DNA of 55,371 nucleotides from a virus (IMGVR_UViG_3300025133_000132:1-55371), one strand, 5' to 3'. Numbered from the stretch's first letter, positions 10,856 to 20,175 are shown. Translations and numbers: made by a program. Notes: a model not told the origin generated them from the sequence alone.

Positions 10856-11325
10856 ACCCCGTCCACGTCGGCCTCTACATCATCCTCTTCGTCATCGTGG
10901 TCGGCCTCGCCGTCACGAACCCCAAGCTGAAAGGCTTCATGCCCACCAGGAAGATCCCCATGCGCGAACGCCTCACCGCTCTCTTCTCCCGCAAGACCCA
11001 GTCCGAGCGCATCGCCGCTCGCATCAAGCGTCGTGCCCGCTTCCAGGAGATCGGCTCGAAGGTGCTCGAGTTCGGCCAGGACGTGAGGGCGAAGTTCGAC
11101 AACGTGAACCCCGAGGAGCGGGTCGCCATCGAGAAGGAGATGAGCGAGTTCGTGGACGAGTCTCGGGACGCTGCCCAGGCGATCCTCACCATCTCGCGCA
11201 AGCAGAAGGCCGGGAAGATCGACGCCATCTCCGCCGCCATCGCCATCCGCGAGGTGGTCGAGGCCGCCCGTGAGGGTGCGGATGTCATCCGCGTGACCAC
11301 CGAAGCGATCGCTTCCTCGGACTGA
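10852..11325 (+). CDS. Membrane protein (N-terminal TM helix, basic/coiled cytoplasmic part)
   Basis: ATGA overlap with the giant gene; hydrophobic VGLYIILFVIVVGLAV segment. Confidence 0.7.
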   Translation: MNPVHVGLYIILFVIVVGLAVTNPKLKGFMPTRKIPMRERLTALFSRKTQSERIAARIKRRARFQEIGSKVLEFGQDVRAKFDNVNPEERVAIEKEMSEFVDESRDAAQAILTISRKQKAGKIDAISAAIAIREVVEAAREGADVIRVTTEAIASSD

Positions 11326-11334
11326 GGCTCCCCC

Positions 11335-12144
11335 ATGCGCGTCGTGGTGATGGTCGATGACGACCCGGACCAGGCAGTCCTCATCGAGCACACCCTCTCC
11401 GCCTCGGGGCACCAGCTCCTGGTCTACGACGACCTGGACAAGTGCATCGAGCACCTGAAGTCAGGGGAGATCGACGAGCCCGGGGCGATGCTCCTGGACC
11501 TGGGGCTTCCCAGGTACCGGGGGACGCAGTCCCTCGAGCGCATCATCGCGACCTCGCCCTCCTTCCCTGTGATCGTCTTCAGCGGGAACGAGAGGGAGGG
11601 GCTGGCCTCGGACTGTCTTCGCCTGGGGGCCACCGAAGTGGTTCGCAAGCGAGAGCTGCACCGGGTGTCCGAGGCGATCGAGAACGCGCAGGACCGCTGG
11701 ACCTACGTCGAGGAGAGAGATCCGCTCGTCGCCCTGGCTCGTAGGGTGAGGCGACTCGAGCTCGCAGTGCACCGACGGGGGGACGCCACGGCGGAGACCC
11801 TGGTCGCCCTGACAGACGTGGTCCGGGAGCTGCCCGCCGAGATGGCGCTGGCAGAAGAGACGGAGGAGCTTCCGCCTCCGACGCCGCCCCCGACGCCGGG
11901 GCTCACCCTGAGCCAGGCGTTTGCGAGCCTGGTGTCGGACTCGAAGAAGTACGCGACCCCGATGGTGGGGCTTGCGATCGGGGGGGCAACCCTGACCCTG
12001 GCTGGCGCGTTCGGCGCGATCCTTTGGTGGGTCCTCGGGACGGCTGGCATCGAGAAGCCGCCCGAGGCGAACCACGAGCTGCTCGTTCCGGAGCCTGCCG
12101 CCCTTCCCCTGGAGGCTCCGGATGATGAAGCCCCGCCCGAGTGA
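11335..12144 (+). CDS. Response-regulator receiver (REC) domain protein with a C-terminal TM helix
   Basis: VVMVDDD acidic pocket, MLLDLGLP phosphoacceptor Asp, PVIVFSG Ser and EVVRK Lys all present; hydrophobic GLAIGGATLTLAGAFGAILWWVLG near the C-terminus. Confidence 0.85.
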   Translation: MRVVVMVDDDPDQAVLIEHTLSASGHQLLVYDDLDKCIEHLKSGEIDEPGAMLLDLGLPRYRGTQSLERIIATSPSFPVIVFSGNEREGLASDCLRLGATEVVRKRELHRVSEAIENAQDRWTYVEERDPLVALARRVRRLELAVHRRGDATAETLVALTDVVRELPAEMALAEETEELPPPTPPPTPGLTLSQAFASLVSDSKKYATPMVGLAIGGATLTLAGAFGAILWWVLGTAGIEKPPEANHELLVPEPAALPLEAPDDEAPPE

Positions 12145-12275
12145 GACCCGCCTTGCCGCAGCCCTTCGCAAGCTGGCCGGCACAACGAGCGACATCGAGC
12201 AGGTGTCTGACCCCGCCCTGGTCGTGGCCCGTCGCTACGAGAAGGGAGACCGGCGGCCTTGCAGGGACGAGGAGG

Positions 12276-13946
12276 TCAGGGAGTCGCCGCGAGAGAGTCC
12301 AGCAGCTCCAGACGACGCTGCTGCATCGTGAAGCGGACCCCGTTCACCTGGCTGCCCAGGCTCCCCTCGATGTAGCGGAGCTCCAGCCGGGTGCAGTACT
12401 CCCGGACGATGTCCCGGATCTCCCCGGCTCCGTGCCGGCTCCGCTCCGCCATCAGTGCCCGTAGGCTCCGAGCTGCCCACGGGGGGAGGGAGCTGAAGAG
12501 CCCATAGCAGGGGGCCTCCTGCATCATGGACATCACGATGGTGCGCTCTTCGGGCTCGAGCCACTCGGGCCGGAGCTGCTCCCGCACGACCCGGTCCACT
12601 CGCTGCTTGTGGTGGGCCAGGCCCCAGATCACGGACTGGCACAAGGGGTCCAGGGTCCGGATCCTCTCCCGGGCAGGGGCGAGCTCTCGCCCACCGCACA
12701 TGCGAGCGAGCACCCGAGCATCCACAGAGAGGGTCCTGGCGGCCCGCTGAAGGCCTTCCGAACGTCCAACCCCACGGAGAGGGCGGAGGAAGGGGAGGAC
12801 GGCTTCAGCAGCAGCGTGACGCCCCTGGGGGGTGAAGGGGTAGCGGCGAGACACCCACCCGATGACCTCGGGGAGGAGGGGCTCGGCCTGGGAGACCTTC
12901 TCGGAGAGGCTCGCAGCACCGTGCTTCAGCACCAGCTCGTCGGGATCCAGGGAGTCGAGAGGTACCCGGTAGACCTGGACCCCCGCCTTCAGGAAGCGGG
13001 GCAGGTCCTTCTCCATCGAGAGGCGACCCGCCTTGTCCGGGTCCTTCGCCTCGTACACGACGTTCGTCAGGCGGGAGATGCGTGCGATGTGCTCGTCCGT
13101 CAGTGCCGTCCCGCAGGCTGCCACGGTCTCCCCGTGCCCGGCGGCGTGCATCGCCATCACGTCCGTGTAGCCCTCGACCAGGATGATCCGCTTCGTCTTG
13201 CGGATGGAGCGGAGGGCTTCGCTCAGCCCATACAGCAGCTTGCTCTTCTGGTAGAGCGGGGTCTCGGGAGTGTTGAGGTACTTGGGCTTCACCTCCGGGG
13301 ACGTGGATCGACCGGCAAACCCGACCACGCGCCCCCTGTCATCCCGGATCGGGAAGACCAGCCGGCCACGGAAGAAGTCATAGTACCGACCCGTCCGCTC
13401 CGACCGTCCCAACACCCCTGCCTCGTGAGCGGCCTTCAGCTCGACACGCCGGGAGGTGAGGAAGCGGCACAGCCCATCCCATTCGTCGGGGGCATAGCCG
13501 AGCTCCCACAGCTCCACGCTGGCGTCGAGTCCCCGCTGCCGCAGGTAGTCCTGCGCCTTGTTCACGTGCTGCCGGTAGTACACGTGAGCGGCGGAACATA
13601 CCTCGAGGAGGCCTGACCGCAGGACGTGCCTGGTCCGAACCTGGGGGGCTCCGACGACCACCGGAATCCCGGCCTCGTCAGCAACCTCCTCGATGGCTGC
13701 AGGGAAGTCCAGCCCGCTCAGCTGCTGGACGAAATCGAAGATGTCTCCGCCCCAGCCACAGCCGAAGCAGTGGCAGAAGCCCTTGTCGGGGACGACGTAG
13801 AAGGACGGGGTCCTCTCGGAATGGAAGGGGCAGCAGCCCTTGAGCTCGCCGCCACCACCGTCTACGAGGGACACGTGCCTGCCGACCACCTGGGTCAGAA
13901 GGGAACCGTCCTGCTTGAGCTGGTTCAGAACCGCCTGGTCATACAC
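12276..13946 (-). CDS. dnaG: DNA primase (CHC2 zinc finger + TOPRIM)
   Basis: CPFHSERTPSF...CHCFGC zinc finger; FRGRLVFPI, GFAGR, PKYLNTPET, LVEGYTDV and DPDKAG TOPRIM motifs. Confidence 0.95.
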   Translation of the reverse strand: MYDQAVLNQLKQDGSLLTQVVGRHVSLVDGGGGELKGCCPFHSERTPSFYVVPDKGFCHCFGCGWGGDIFDFVQQLSGLDFPAAIEEVADEAGIPVVVGAPQVRTRHVLRSGLLEVCSAAHVYYRQHVNKAQDYLRQRGLDASVELWELGYAPDEWDGLCRFLTSRRVELKAAHEAGVLGRSERTGRYYDFFRGRLVFPIRDDRGRVVGFAGRSTSPEVKPKYLNTPETPLYQKSKLLYGLSEALRSIRKTKRIILVEGYTDVMAMHAAGHGETVAACGTALTDEHIARISRLTNVVYEAKDPDKAGRLSMEKDLPRFLKAGVQVYRVPLDSLDPDELVLKHGAASLSEKVSQAEPLLPEVIGWVSRRYPFTPQGRHAAAEAVLPFLRPLRGVGRSEGLQRAARTLSVDARVLARMCGGRELAPARERIRTLDPLCQSVIWGLAHHKQRVDRVVREQLRPEWLEPEERTIVMSMMQEAPCYGLFSSLPPWAARSLRALMAERSRHGAGEIRDIVREYCTRLELRYIEGSLGSQVNGVRFTMQQRRLELLDSLAATP

Positions 13947-14009
13947 CCTTGCACCTACACCTGTTGTTCACCGTAGCCGAGCTGGACACACCACGTCCAG
14001 CCGCCTCGT

Positions 14010-14537
14010 TCATCCTGAACTCCCTGTGCGCAGGTGCTTCGCGTACAACGCCATGCAGGCGGCGTCGGCGATGCCTTCGTGGGGCTTGCGGCACCGAGGA
14101 GGGACCAGCGCCAGCAGGGGGAGCGACCGCTGCACCTTCAGGACGGCGCGCATCTTCGTGTCCCCGCCCTCGATGCCGTACAGGATCTTCTTCTGCCACC
14201 GCCTGGGGTGGACCACGTCGAAGGGCAGCTCGACAGCGGTGAGCGCCATCTTCAGCGCGTGGTAGACCCCGCCGTAGTTGAACATGCTGGTCACGCCCTG
14301 GCCGGGCATGGCCTGGGACTTCTCCAGCACGGTGAAGGTCGCCACTCCGTGGTGTTCAGCCTGCGCCTTGATCGACCGGAGCTCGGCCAGCACGCCGGCG
14401 TCGTCGAGGATGTTCTTCGTCTTGCCCTTCTTCCCGATGTTCAGGACGGGCATGCGGACACACACCCTCACCTTGTGGTCGTGGTCGAGAGCGACGATGG
14501 CTCCGCTCACGCCGGGGTCGATGCCGATGTAGATCAT
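14010..14537 (-). CDS. RuvC-like Holliday junction resolvase
   Basis: MIYIGIDPGVSGAI, VLEK, QGVTSMFNYG, P..WQK and EGIADAAC motifs; start reassigned to ATG 14537 (ATGA overlap). Confidence 0.88.
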   Translation of the reverse strand: MIYIGIDPGVSGAIVALDHDHKVRVCVRMPVLNIGKKGKTKNILDDAGVLAELRSIKAQAEHHGVATFTVLEKSQAMPGQGVTSMFNYGGVYHALKMALTAVELPFDVVHPRRWQKKILYGIEGGDTKMRAVLKVQRSLPLLALVPPRCRKPHEGIADAACMALYAKHLRTGSSG

Positions 14538-14911
14538 CCGTACACCTGCGCCTTCTGAAGGTCGTCGATGAAGACCTCGCAGCCCGTCATGTCGAGGAGT
14601 ACGACCTGGCCGACCTCCTTCGGCATGAGGTGGGTCGCGCTGAAGTCGTTCTTCAGGTACTTCTTCAGCCGGGACTCGGTGTTCCACTGGCGGGGGCGGC
14701 AGTCCTTCACCCGACGCATCAGGCGATCGACGCCCTCCTCGACGAGGAAGCCGTTGCTGACCAGGACCAGTGCCTTCCGGTCCGAGCCGGAGCCGCCGCC
14801 GAGGTACGAGACCTTCGCGATCGGCGGCATTGCACCGTGCTCACCGGGGACCAGGAGCTTCTTCGGGTCCCCGGGCGGGGGGATCAGCAGGATCTTATAG
14901 ACCTTCTTCAC
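14534..14911 (-). CDS. Hypothetical protein
   Basis: Overlapping start/stop coupling inside the leftward operon; codon bias. Confidence 0.7.
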   Translation of the reverse strand: MKKVYKILLIPPPGDPKKLLVPGEHGAMPPIAKVSYLGGGSGSDRKALVLVSNGFLVEEGVDRLMRRVKDCRPRQWNTESRLKKYLKNDFSATHLMPKEVGQVVLLDMTGCEVFIDDLQKAQVYG

Positions 14912-15444
14912 GGGGACTCCTCGGGCATGTTCAGTCCGCAGTCATGGCAGAACAGGTCCGCCGTGTCGGCGTCGTAGAAGCTGTTGATGTGGGAGCAGCC
15001 CCCCACATTCACGGCCCGCACCGTCTCGGCCTGCGTGCGCAGCTCGAAGCTGTGGGGTGGGAGGCTCTCGTCCACCGTCACCCTCGGATCCTGCGCGAGC
15101 TTGATGAGGACGAAGCGGACCTCGTCGTTGTGGCAGTGCTTCTCGGCGGACTGGACCACGAGGGGCTGCCCGTCGAGCTCGAACTTGCACTCCGTGATCC
15201 CCATGACGGGCTCCTTTGTGCTCTCCCACACGGACTGGAGCGCCTCGACCTGGGCCTTCACGACCTCCGCCGTCAGCTCCCGGGCCAGACGGTCGAGCTC
15301 CTCGCTCGCCTCCTCGGGGGTCACGGCCGGGCGCATCGAGAGCAGGCGTGCTCCGATCCGCTCGGTCAGGATGTCGGGGGAGGTCGCGTGCTCCCGAGCC
15401 CAGGCCCGGAAGAAGGCAACCTGGTGCTGCTCGAGCCTACTCAT
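14908..15444 (-). CDS. Hypothetical protein with a C-terminal Cys/His cluster
   Basis: Coupled in the operon; GCSH...FCHDCG at the C-terminus; start could also be 15465. Confidence 0.65.
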   Translation of the reverse strand: MSRLEQHQVAFFRAWAREHATSPDILTERIGARLLSMRPAVTPEEASEELDRLARELTAEVVKAQVEALQSVWESTKEPVMGITECKFELDGQPLVVQSAEKHCHNDEVRFVLIKLAQDPRVTVDESLPPHSFELRTQAETVRAVNVGGCSHINSFYDADTADLFCHDCGLNMPEESP

Positions 15445-15682
15445 CGTCGGGATCCACCGCTTCACGGGGGGTCTCGTGGCGAAGGAGGGCGAACACGCAG
15501 GACTCGGCCCACTTGTTCTCCCCCCCTCGGGAACGGAGCCACCGGAGCAGGCTCTCAGCGTCCAGCTCGGCGATGTCCACGATGTCCACGGAGTCCCAAC
15601 ACTCCCCCCTCAAGGCTCGAACGTAGATCCCGGTCACGAGAGCTTCTCGCTCAGGGTCCACGAGGTACGGCTTCTCACTCAT
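15437..15682 (-). CDS. Hypothetical protein (81 aa)
   Basis: GAGGAG RBS, coupled to its neighbours. Confidence 0.7.
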   Translation of the reverse strand: MSEKPYLVDPEREALVTGIYVRALRGECWDSVDIVDIAELDAESLLRWLRSRGGENKWAESCVFALLRHETPREAVDPDDE

Positions 15683-16061
15683 CTGTCTGCTCCTCGCCTG
15701 GTGTACGCAGCCACGAGCTGTCCCAGGGGTCGGTGTGTTCCGGCTCAGCCACCGGGGGCTTGGGCAGCAACCTGCCCTTGCGTGCTCCGACCACGTCTTC
15801 GTAGATCCACCAGTCGGGTTCCTCGATGCCGAGGAACGTGGACACCTTCGAGCGGGGGGTGGGTCGGAGCCTCCTGCTCTTGTCGCTCAGGATCTTTCCC
15901 GAGGGGACGCACACTCCTCGATGCCACTTCCGAACCGTCTGGACCGAGACCGTCAGGCCCGTCATCCGTCGGAGAGCAACCGCGACAGCGGCGACAGACC
16001 CGAGCTCAGCTACCTTGGCGGCCAGGGCACGCCGAGCTCGGGACTCCCGGGGCTTCGTCAC
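15675..16061 (-). CDS. Putative HTH DNA-binding protein
   Basis: GSVAAVAVALRRMTGLTVSVQTVRKWHRG is Cro/HTH-like; GTGA-coupled start. Confidence 0.5.
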   Translation of the reverse strand: MTKPRESRARRALAAKVAELGSVAAVAVALRRMTGLTVSVQTVRKWHRGVCVPSGKILSDKSRRLRPTPRSKVSTFLGIEEPDWWIYEDVVGARKGRLLPKPPVAEPEHTDPWDSSWLRTPGEEQTDE

Positions 16062-16300
16062 CTTCGAGTCTCGAGGGGGTGGCCCCCTGGCGGGAGCTCC
16101 CACCAGGACACCGGGTACCGGTGCTCGATGGAGCGGAACTGGACAGTCCCCCGGAGCTCGATGCCCTGGGGTCCCACGCCGAGGAAGATGCGGGTGACGT
16201 GGTCCAGCTCCACGTTCGCCATCGCCCGGGTGACCCGGCGGCGGGAAGCCACCGGGTCCGACGGGAGGACGACGACCTCGAAGGGCGCAGCCTCAGCCAC
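16058..16300 (-). CDS. Hypothetical protein (80 aa)
   Basis: GTG start overlaps the ssb stop; stop overlaps the next start. Confidence 0.55.
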   Translation of the reverse strand: MAEAAPFEVVVLPSDPVASRRRVTRAMANVELDHVTRIFLGVGPQGIELRGTVQFRSIEHRYPVSWWELPPGGHPLETRR

Positions 16301-16839
16301 TAGTACCCCTGGCCCCCGCCCTGCGGCGGCTGCTGGGGGGGAGCCTGCTGCTGCACGGGCTGCTGCTGCACGGGCTGCTGCTGCCACTGCTGCTGGGGCT
16401 GCTGGGGCCAGCCACCCTGGGGCTGCTGCTGGGGAGGCTGCTGCACCGGCGGCTGCCCGTACTGCTGCGGCGGGGGCGGCGGCTGCGGGGCCTGCTGCTG
16501 CGCCGGCTGGGCGTACTGCTGCTGCTGGTGCCCGGCGTCGGGGTCGAGGAACTGGACGCTCGTCGAGATGTCCCGGACGTTCATCGCCGTCTTCCACTTC
16601 TTCGTGCCCTGGCTCTCGTACGAGCGGGTCTCCACGTTGCCGGTGCAGATGACCGACTGCCCCGGGCGGAGCTGCAGGGCGGCGTCCTTCTGCCCCCCGT
16701 AGGCCTCGACATCGTTCTTCGTGAAGAACGTCCGTCCGTTGTAGGACCGCCAGGTCTTCACCTTGAAGCAGACGGCGGCTCCCCGCTCGGTGGGCTGATC
16801 GACGACGATGCCGCCGAACATGCAGTTGTTGATGCTCAT
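16300..16839 (-). CDS. ssb: Single-stranded DNA-binding protein with a Gln/Pro-rich tail
   Basis: SSB OB-fold pattern MSINNCMFGG...LRPGQSVICTGNVETRSYE...KKWKT; long Q/P low-complexity tail. Confidence 0.8.
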   Translation of the reverse strand: MSINNCMFGGIVVDQPTERGAAVCFKVKTWRSYNGRTFFTKNDVEAYGGQKDAALQLRPGQSVICTGNVETRSYESQGTKKWKTAMNVRDISTSVQFLDPDAGHQQQQYAQPAQQQAPQPPPPPQQYGQPPVQQPPQQQPQGGWPQQPQQQWQQQPVQQQPVQQQAPPQQPPQGGGQGY

Positions 16840-16856
16840 GCTCTTCCTCGGTTGGG

Positions 16857-17957
16857 CTATTCAGCCAGTGTCGTGACTTGCGCCACGGTGTGAAACCAGC
16901 CCCGCTTCTCCCCGATCTCTCGGGCGTTGGGCCAGCAGGTGTTCAGGTACGGGCACCAGCTGCAGGGGAACCCCAGCTTCTGGTCCTTGCCCGGCTTCAG
17001 CGCACGCTCGAACTCCTCGAAGTCCTCGCTCAACGCTACCTCTCGGAAGCGGGCGGGGATCTGGCGCTGCACCTGTTCGTCTCGGCGGATCCACTGCCCG
17101 TGGATGGGGGCGAGGCCCCTCCACATCAGGGGGTTGTCCACCTGGTAGGTCTTCCTCGGCTTGCCGTCCCGCGTGAGGGGCGGCTCGAAGTTCGGGCTGA
17201 TCTCGATGTCCTTCGCGGACACGCCCTTCCCGAACATGAGGACGTAGCTCCACTCCACGTCGATGCCGCGCTGCCGGTGCGCGAGCTGGTACGCCTGCGT
17301 CTGCCAGTAGTAGCCGTCGGGGTTCCCGGTCTTCTTGTCGTACGCCTGCATCCCGTGCTCACGGAACTTCTTGAAGGCGTAGTCCGAGCCGGACTTGATC
17401 TCCAGGACGAAGGGCATGGAGGGGGCGGCGACAGCTTCCTCGGGGGTCTCGCCTCGCATCCAGCGGAGGGTGTTCACCCATCCATCGGGGTGGCCGGGCA
17501 CCCGGAACGAGTCCCAGGGCTCCTTCCCCATGTCCACCTGAACGTGCACCCGCTCCTGCTCAGCGAGGATCCTGGTCACATCCAGCCAGGGGACCTTGTT
17601 GGCGGCCTCGAGCAGCGCCATCGTGGTGATGGCTTCGACAGCATCCCCCATCGCGAAGGCGAGCTTGCCGCTGGCGTCCGTCCGGAACCCGTCCTCGGGT
17701 ACGCCGTGGAATGCCATCGCCATCCGTCGCTGGCACTGCCCCGACCCCGAGAGGCGGAAGGACTGGAGCCCAGACTTCTGTTCCCGGCGCTCGCTGAGCT
17801 GGCGGGTGATCGTCGCCCCCACCACGGCGTCATCGTGCTGGAAATCGGAGCCCGAGTTGTCCTCCAGCCTGGCTTGCACCAGGGCAGCGATGTTCGGCAG
17901 GCACATCTTGTCGGTCACGCGATCCCAGGCCAGGGAATTCCAGGCGTCAGCGTTCAC
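16857..17957 (-). CDS. Cas4-like / PD-(D/E)XK exonuclease
   Basis: N-terminal CQRR, GHPDG, LEIKS, WQTQAY and C-terminal CSWCPYLNTC (four-Cys Fe-S-type arrangement). Confidence 0.85.
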   Translation of the reverse strand: MNADAWNSLAWDRVTDKMCLPNIAALVQARLEDNSGSDFQHDDAVVGATITRQLSERREQKSGLQSFRLSGSGQCQRRMAMAFHGVPEDGFRTDASGKLAFAMGDAVEAITTMALLEAANKVPWLDVTRILAEQERVHVQVDMGKEPWDSFRVPGHPDGWVNTLRWMRGETPEEAVAAPSMPFVLEIKSGSDYAFKKFREHGMQAYDKKTGNPDGYYWQTQAYQLAHRQRGIDVEWSYVLMFGKGVSAKDIEISPNFEPPLTRDGKPRKTYQVDNPLMWRGLAPIHGQWIRRDEQVQRQIPARFREVALSEDFEEFERALKPGKDQKLGFPCSWCPYLNTCWPNAREIGEKRGWFHTVAQVTTLAE

Positions 17958-18250
17958 TGTCCCTCCTCGTCCATGACGTGGATCTTCTCGACCACCACGT
18001 AGCTGCTGACCTCGGGGGAGGGGCCGAACCGTCCGGTGATGGAGACAAGGGTCCCCATCGGGAGATCGAGGAGCTTGCGTCCCTTCTTCCCGAAGCCGAG
18101 CATCCGACAGACCACGTCGTCGGAGTGCTTGCCCTCGGTGGGGTTGCGCAGCTGGGCCTCGTACCTGGCCCCGCTACGCTCGGACGCAGGGAGCTCGCGC
18201 TGCTCCTCGATGAAGCCACAGAACTGCACGGCGTTGGGGAAGTCGGTCAT
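17954..18250 (-). CDS. Small OB-fold protein (SSB/PriB-like)
   Basis: NAVQFCGFI...VCRMLGFGKKGRKLLDLPMGTLVSITGRF...VVVEKIHV matches the strand pattern of SSB/PriB OB folds; no tail. Confidence 0.55.
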   Translation of the reverse strand: MTDFPNAVQFCGFIEEQRELPASERSGARYEAQLRNPTEGKHSDDVVCRMLGFGKKGRKLLDLPMGTLVSITGRFGPSPEVSSYVVVEKIHVMDEEGQ

Positions 18251-18477
18251 CAGAAGGGGACTCCGGCGCAGGCGCGTAGACGGCTGCAGGTCTCAGGGTT
18301 GCGACAGCCCGCCCAGCAGCTCGGGCCCCCGTCCTCCACGTGGTGGATGTTCACGCAGGGGAACCCGTGCTCGCTCAGCGGGGCTGGCTGCATTAGTAGG
18401 GGATCTCGTCCGAGGAGGGGGGCTCGCCACCCGGGGTCCCACCACTTCCGCCAGTCGTAGGGGGTGAGCCCTTCCAA
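18250..18477 (-). CDS. Small Cys/His-rich hypothetical protein
   Basis: Fills the gap and couples (TGATG) to the next gene; overlaps the Rad52-like 3' end by 85 nt. Confidence 0.4.
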   Translation of the reverse strand: MEGLTPYDWRKWWDPGWRAPLLGRDPLLMQPAPLSEHGFPCVNIHHVEDGGPSCWAGCRNPETCSRLRACAGVPF

Positions 18478-19403
18478 GGGTCGCCCCCCTGGGGAGGAGG
18501 GCCCGGGTTCTGCACGGCAGGGGTGCCCTCCTCGGTCCCGCCCAGGGAGAGGACGTACTCGCCGTACTGGTTCATCTTGTCGAGCATGACGCCCTCGGCC
18601 TCCCAGTCCACGAGCAGGCGCGAGGCGATCTTCAGCTGCATCGTGCTCGCCGAGCTCGGCCGGGCCACCCCGCGCGTGGTCGGAAGGTCGTCCTTCCAGA
18701 CAGCGGAGGCGGCCTCGAAGGCTGCGAGGATGTCCACCGCCTGCCCCTGCGGGACCTGGTTCGGCGGGAGCCAGCCCATCTTCTGGCGGACGATGTCCAC
18801 CCGGGCCATCCGGCGCGCGTGCGGGTCCTCCAGGTGGCGGACCAGGTCCTCGACGGTGAGCAGGTGGACCTGGACCTCACGGATGGACGGGACGATGCAC
18901 CAGCCACCGTTCTTCGGCAGCTTGTAGAGCCGGCACTCCGGCCAGCCGTTCGGCTTCTGTCGGTAGATGGGGCAGAGCGTCTCGCCCAGGTCGTACAGGT
19001 GACGACCCATGCCCCAGGCCGACGCCGCCCGCTTCAGGCAGTCGGACACGCCCGCCTTCCCCTCGTCCAGGGAGGACTGGTTCCCGTGCATCTTGCGCTG
19101 GCCGGCTCCGTCCCACCGCCACACCCAGTGCTTGCGCATCAGGACGGCGATGCCGCCCCGGTAGTACGTGGTCTCGGGACCGGCGATCACCTCGTAGTCC
19201 TGCTGCCAGTTCCACTGCCCGACGACTTCATCGAGTCGCCGCTGGACCGCGCGCAGGTCGAGGTAGCACATGAGCTTGGCGTCGGTGCCGACCTTGCGGT
19301 CCATCCTCCACTCCACCTCCTCGTCGAGGAAGGGGCGGGTGAGCTCGCGCATCACTCGGGCCTGGTTGTTGCCGTCGATGTCGGTGGGTGGGGTACTACT
19401 CAT
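18393..19403 (-). CDS. Rad52/Sak-family single-strand annealing recombinase
   Basis: LTRPF..EVEWR, YLDLRAVQRRLDEVVG..NW, KAGVSDCLKRAASAWGMGRHLYDL; start reassigned to ATG 19403. Confidence 0.9.
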   Translation of the reverse strand: MSSTPPTDIDGNNQARVMRELTRPFLDEEVEWRMDRKVGTDAKLMCYLDLRAVQRRLDEVVGQWNWQQDYEVIAGPETTYYRGGIAVLMRKHWVWRWDGAGQRKMHGNQSSLDEGKAGVSDCLKRAASAWGMGRHLYDLGETLCPIYRQKPNGWPECRLYKLPKNGGWCIVPSIREVQVHLLTVEDLVRHLEDPHARRMARVDIVRQKMGWLPPNQVPQGQAVDILAAFEAASAVWKDDLPTTRGVARPSSASTMQLKIASRLLVDWEAEGVMLDKMNQYGEYVLSLGGTEEGTPAVQNPGPPPQGGDPWKGSPPTTGGSGGTPGGEPPSSDEIPY

Positions 19404-19845
19404 CAGGCGTGCGCTCCCAGGAGAGGACGTTGAGGTTGCTGCTCTCCACCCGCTGGACCTTGCCGGCGGCCTCGAGCAGGTAGAGGTTGTTCGCGGCCCA
19501 GCTGCTGGAGACACCGCAGGAGCGAGCGAGGTTGCTCACCGTCTGGGGCTCGTGAGCTGCCAGGAACCCGAGGATGCTGTCGCACACCACGGACTTCACG
19601 GCCTCGTAGTCGGAGGCGGGCTTGATGCTGGGGACCAGCTCGAAGACGAGAGCCTTCCCCCCTCCTGTACTCACCCGAACAGGACGAGGACGGATCCATC
19701 CGCGAGCCCGGTCCAGCCGGACCAGCTGCTCGACCCGGGACTTCGTCTTGCCCGTCTTCTCAGACAGGTAGGCGAGGGTGCGGGGACGGAGAGAGAGCTC
19801 CCGGATGATGATGTCCGCAGCGGTGTTGCGTGGGGTCCGCGTCAC
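19396..19845 (-). CDS. Tandem winged-HTH DNA-binding protein
   Basis: Two wHTH-like units (TLAYLSEKTGKTKSRVEQLV; TVSNLARSCGVSSSWAANNLYLLEAAGKV); GTGA-coupled start. Confidence 0.6.
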   Translation of the reverse strand: MTRTPRNTAADIIIRELSLRPRTLAYLSEKTGKTKSRVEQLVRLDRARGWIRPRPVRVSTGGGKALVFELVPSIKPASDYEAVKSVVCDSILGFLAAHEPQTVSNLARSCGVSSSWAANNLYLLEAAGKVQRVESSNLNVLSWERTPDE

Positions 19846-20099
19846 GAGCCCAGCTCCGACAAGGGGGCCACGGTCCAGTGACCACCGACCCACGCCCCGC
19901 TCGGTGCCTGCTGCGTGAGCAGGTAGACGGGGACGTAGACGCCGTTCGGCCACGCCCGCTCGGGGTGGGAGAAGCGGAAGAACACTCCGTTCTCGGCGGT
20001 CAGGTTCTTCGTGGGGCCAGCGGGATCGAAGCGCACATCGTGCGTCCCCCACTTCACGAGCGGCAGGTCCCGCATCGCTGTGCCCTGCTGTTCAGGCAT
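19842..20099 (-). CDS. Hypothetical protein (85 aa)
   Basis: GGAG RBS before ATG 20099; first gene after the leftward promoter. Confidence 0.6.
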   Translation of the reverse strand: MPEQQGTAMRDLPLVKWGTHDVRFDPAGPTKNLTAENGVFFRFSHPERAWPNGVYVPVYLLTQQAPSGAWVGGHWTVAPLSELGS

Positions 20100-20143
20100 T
20101 GAAACTCCGGTGTTGACCTTGCCCAACTCGGCGAGGTGAGAGA

Positions 20144-20172
20144 AAACTACCTGGGCAGATGGAGGGTGTCAA
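20144..20172 (-). promoter_or_regulatory. Sigma70-type promoter for the recombination/primase operon
   Basis: Minus strand TTGACA-17 bp-TAGTTT. Confidence 0.7.
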
Positions 20173-20175
20173 CCT

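Noticed and set aside
16857-17957. Cas4-like gene as evidence of a CRISPR-Cas system
   Set aside because: No cas1/cas2 or repeat-spacer array seen; its context is a phage recombination module.
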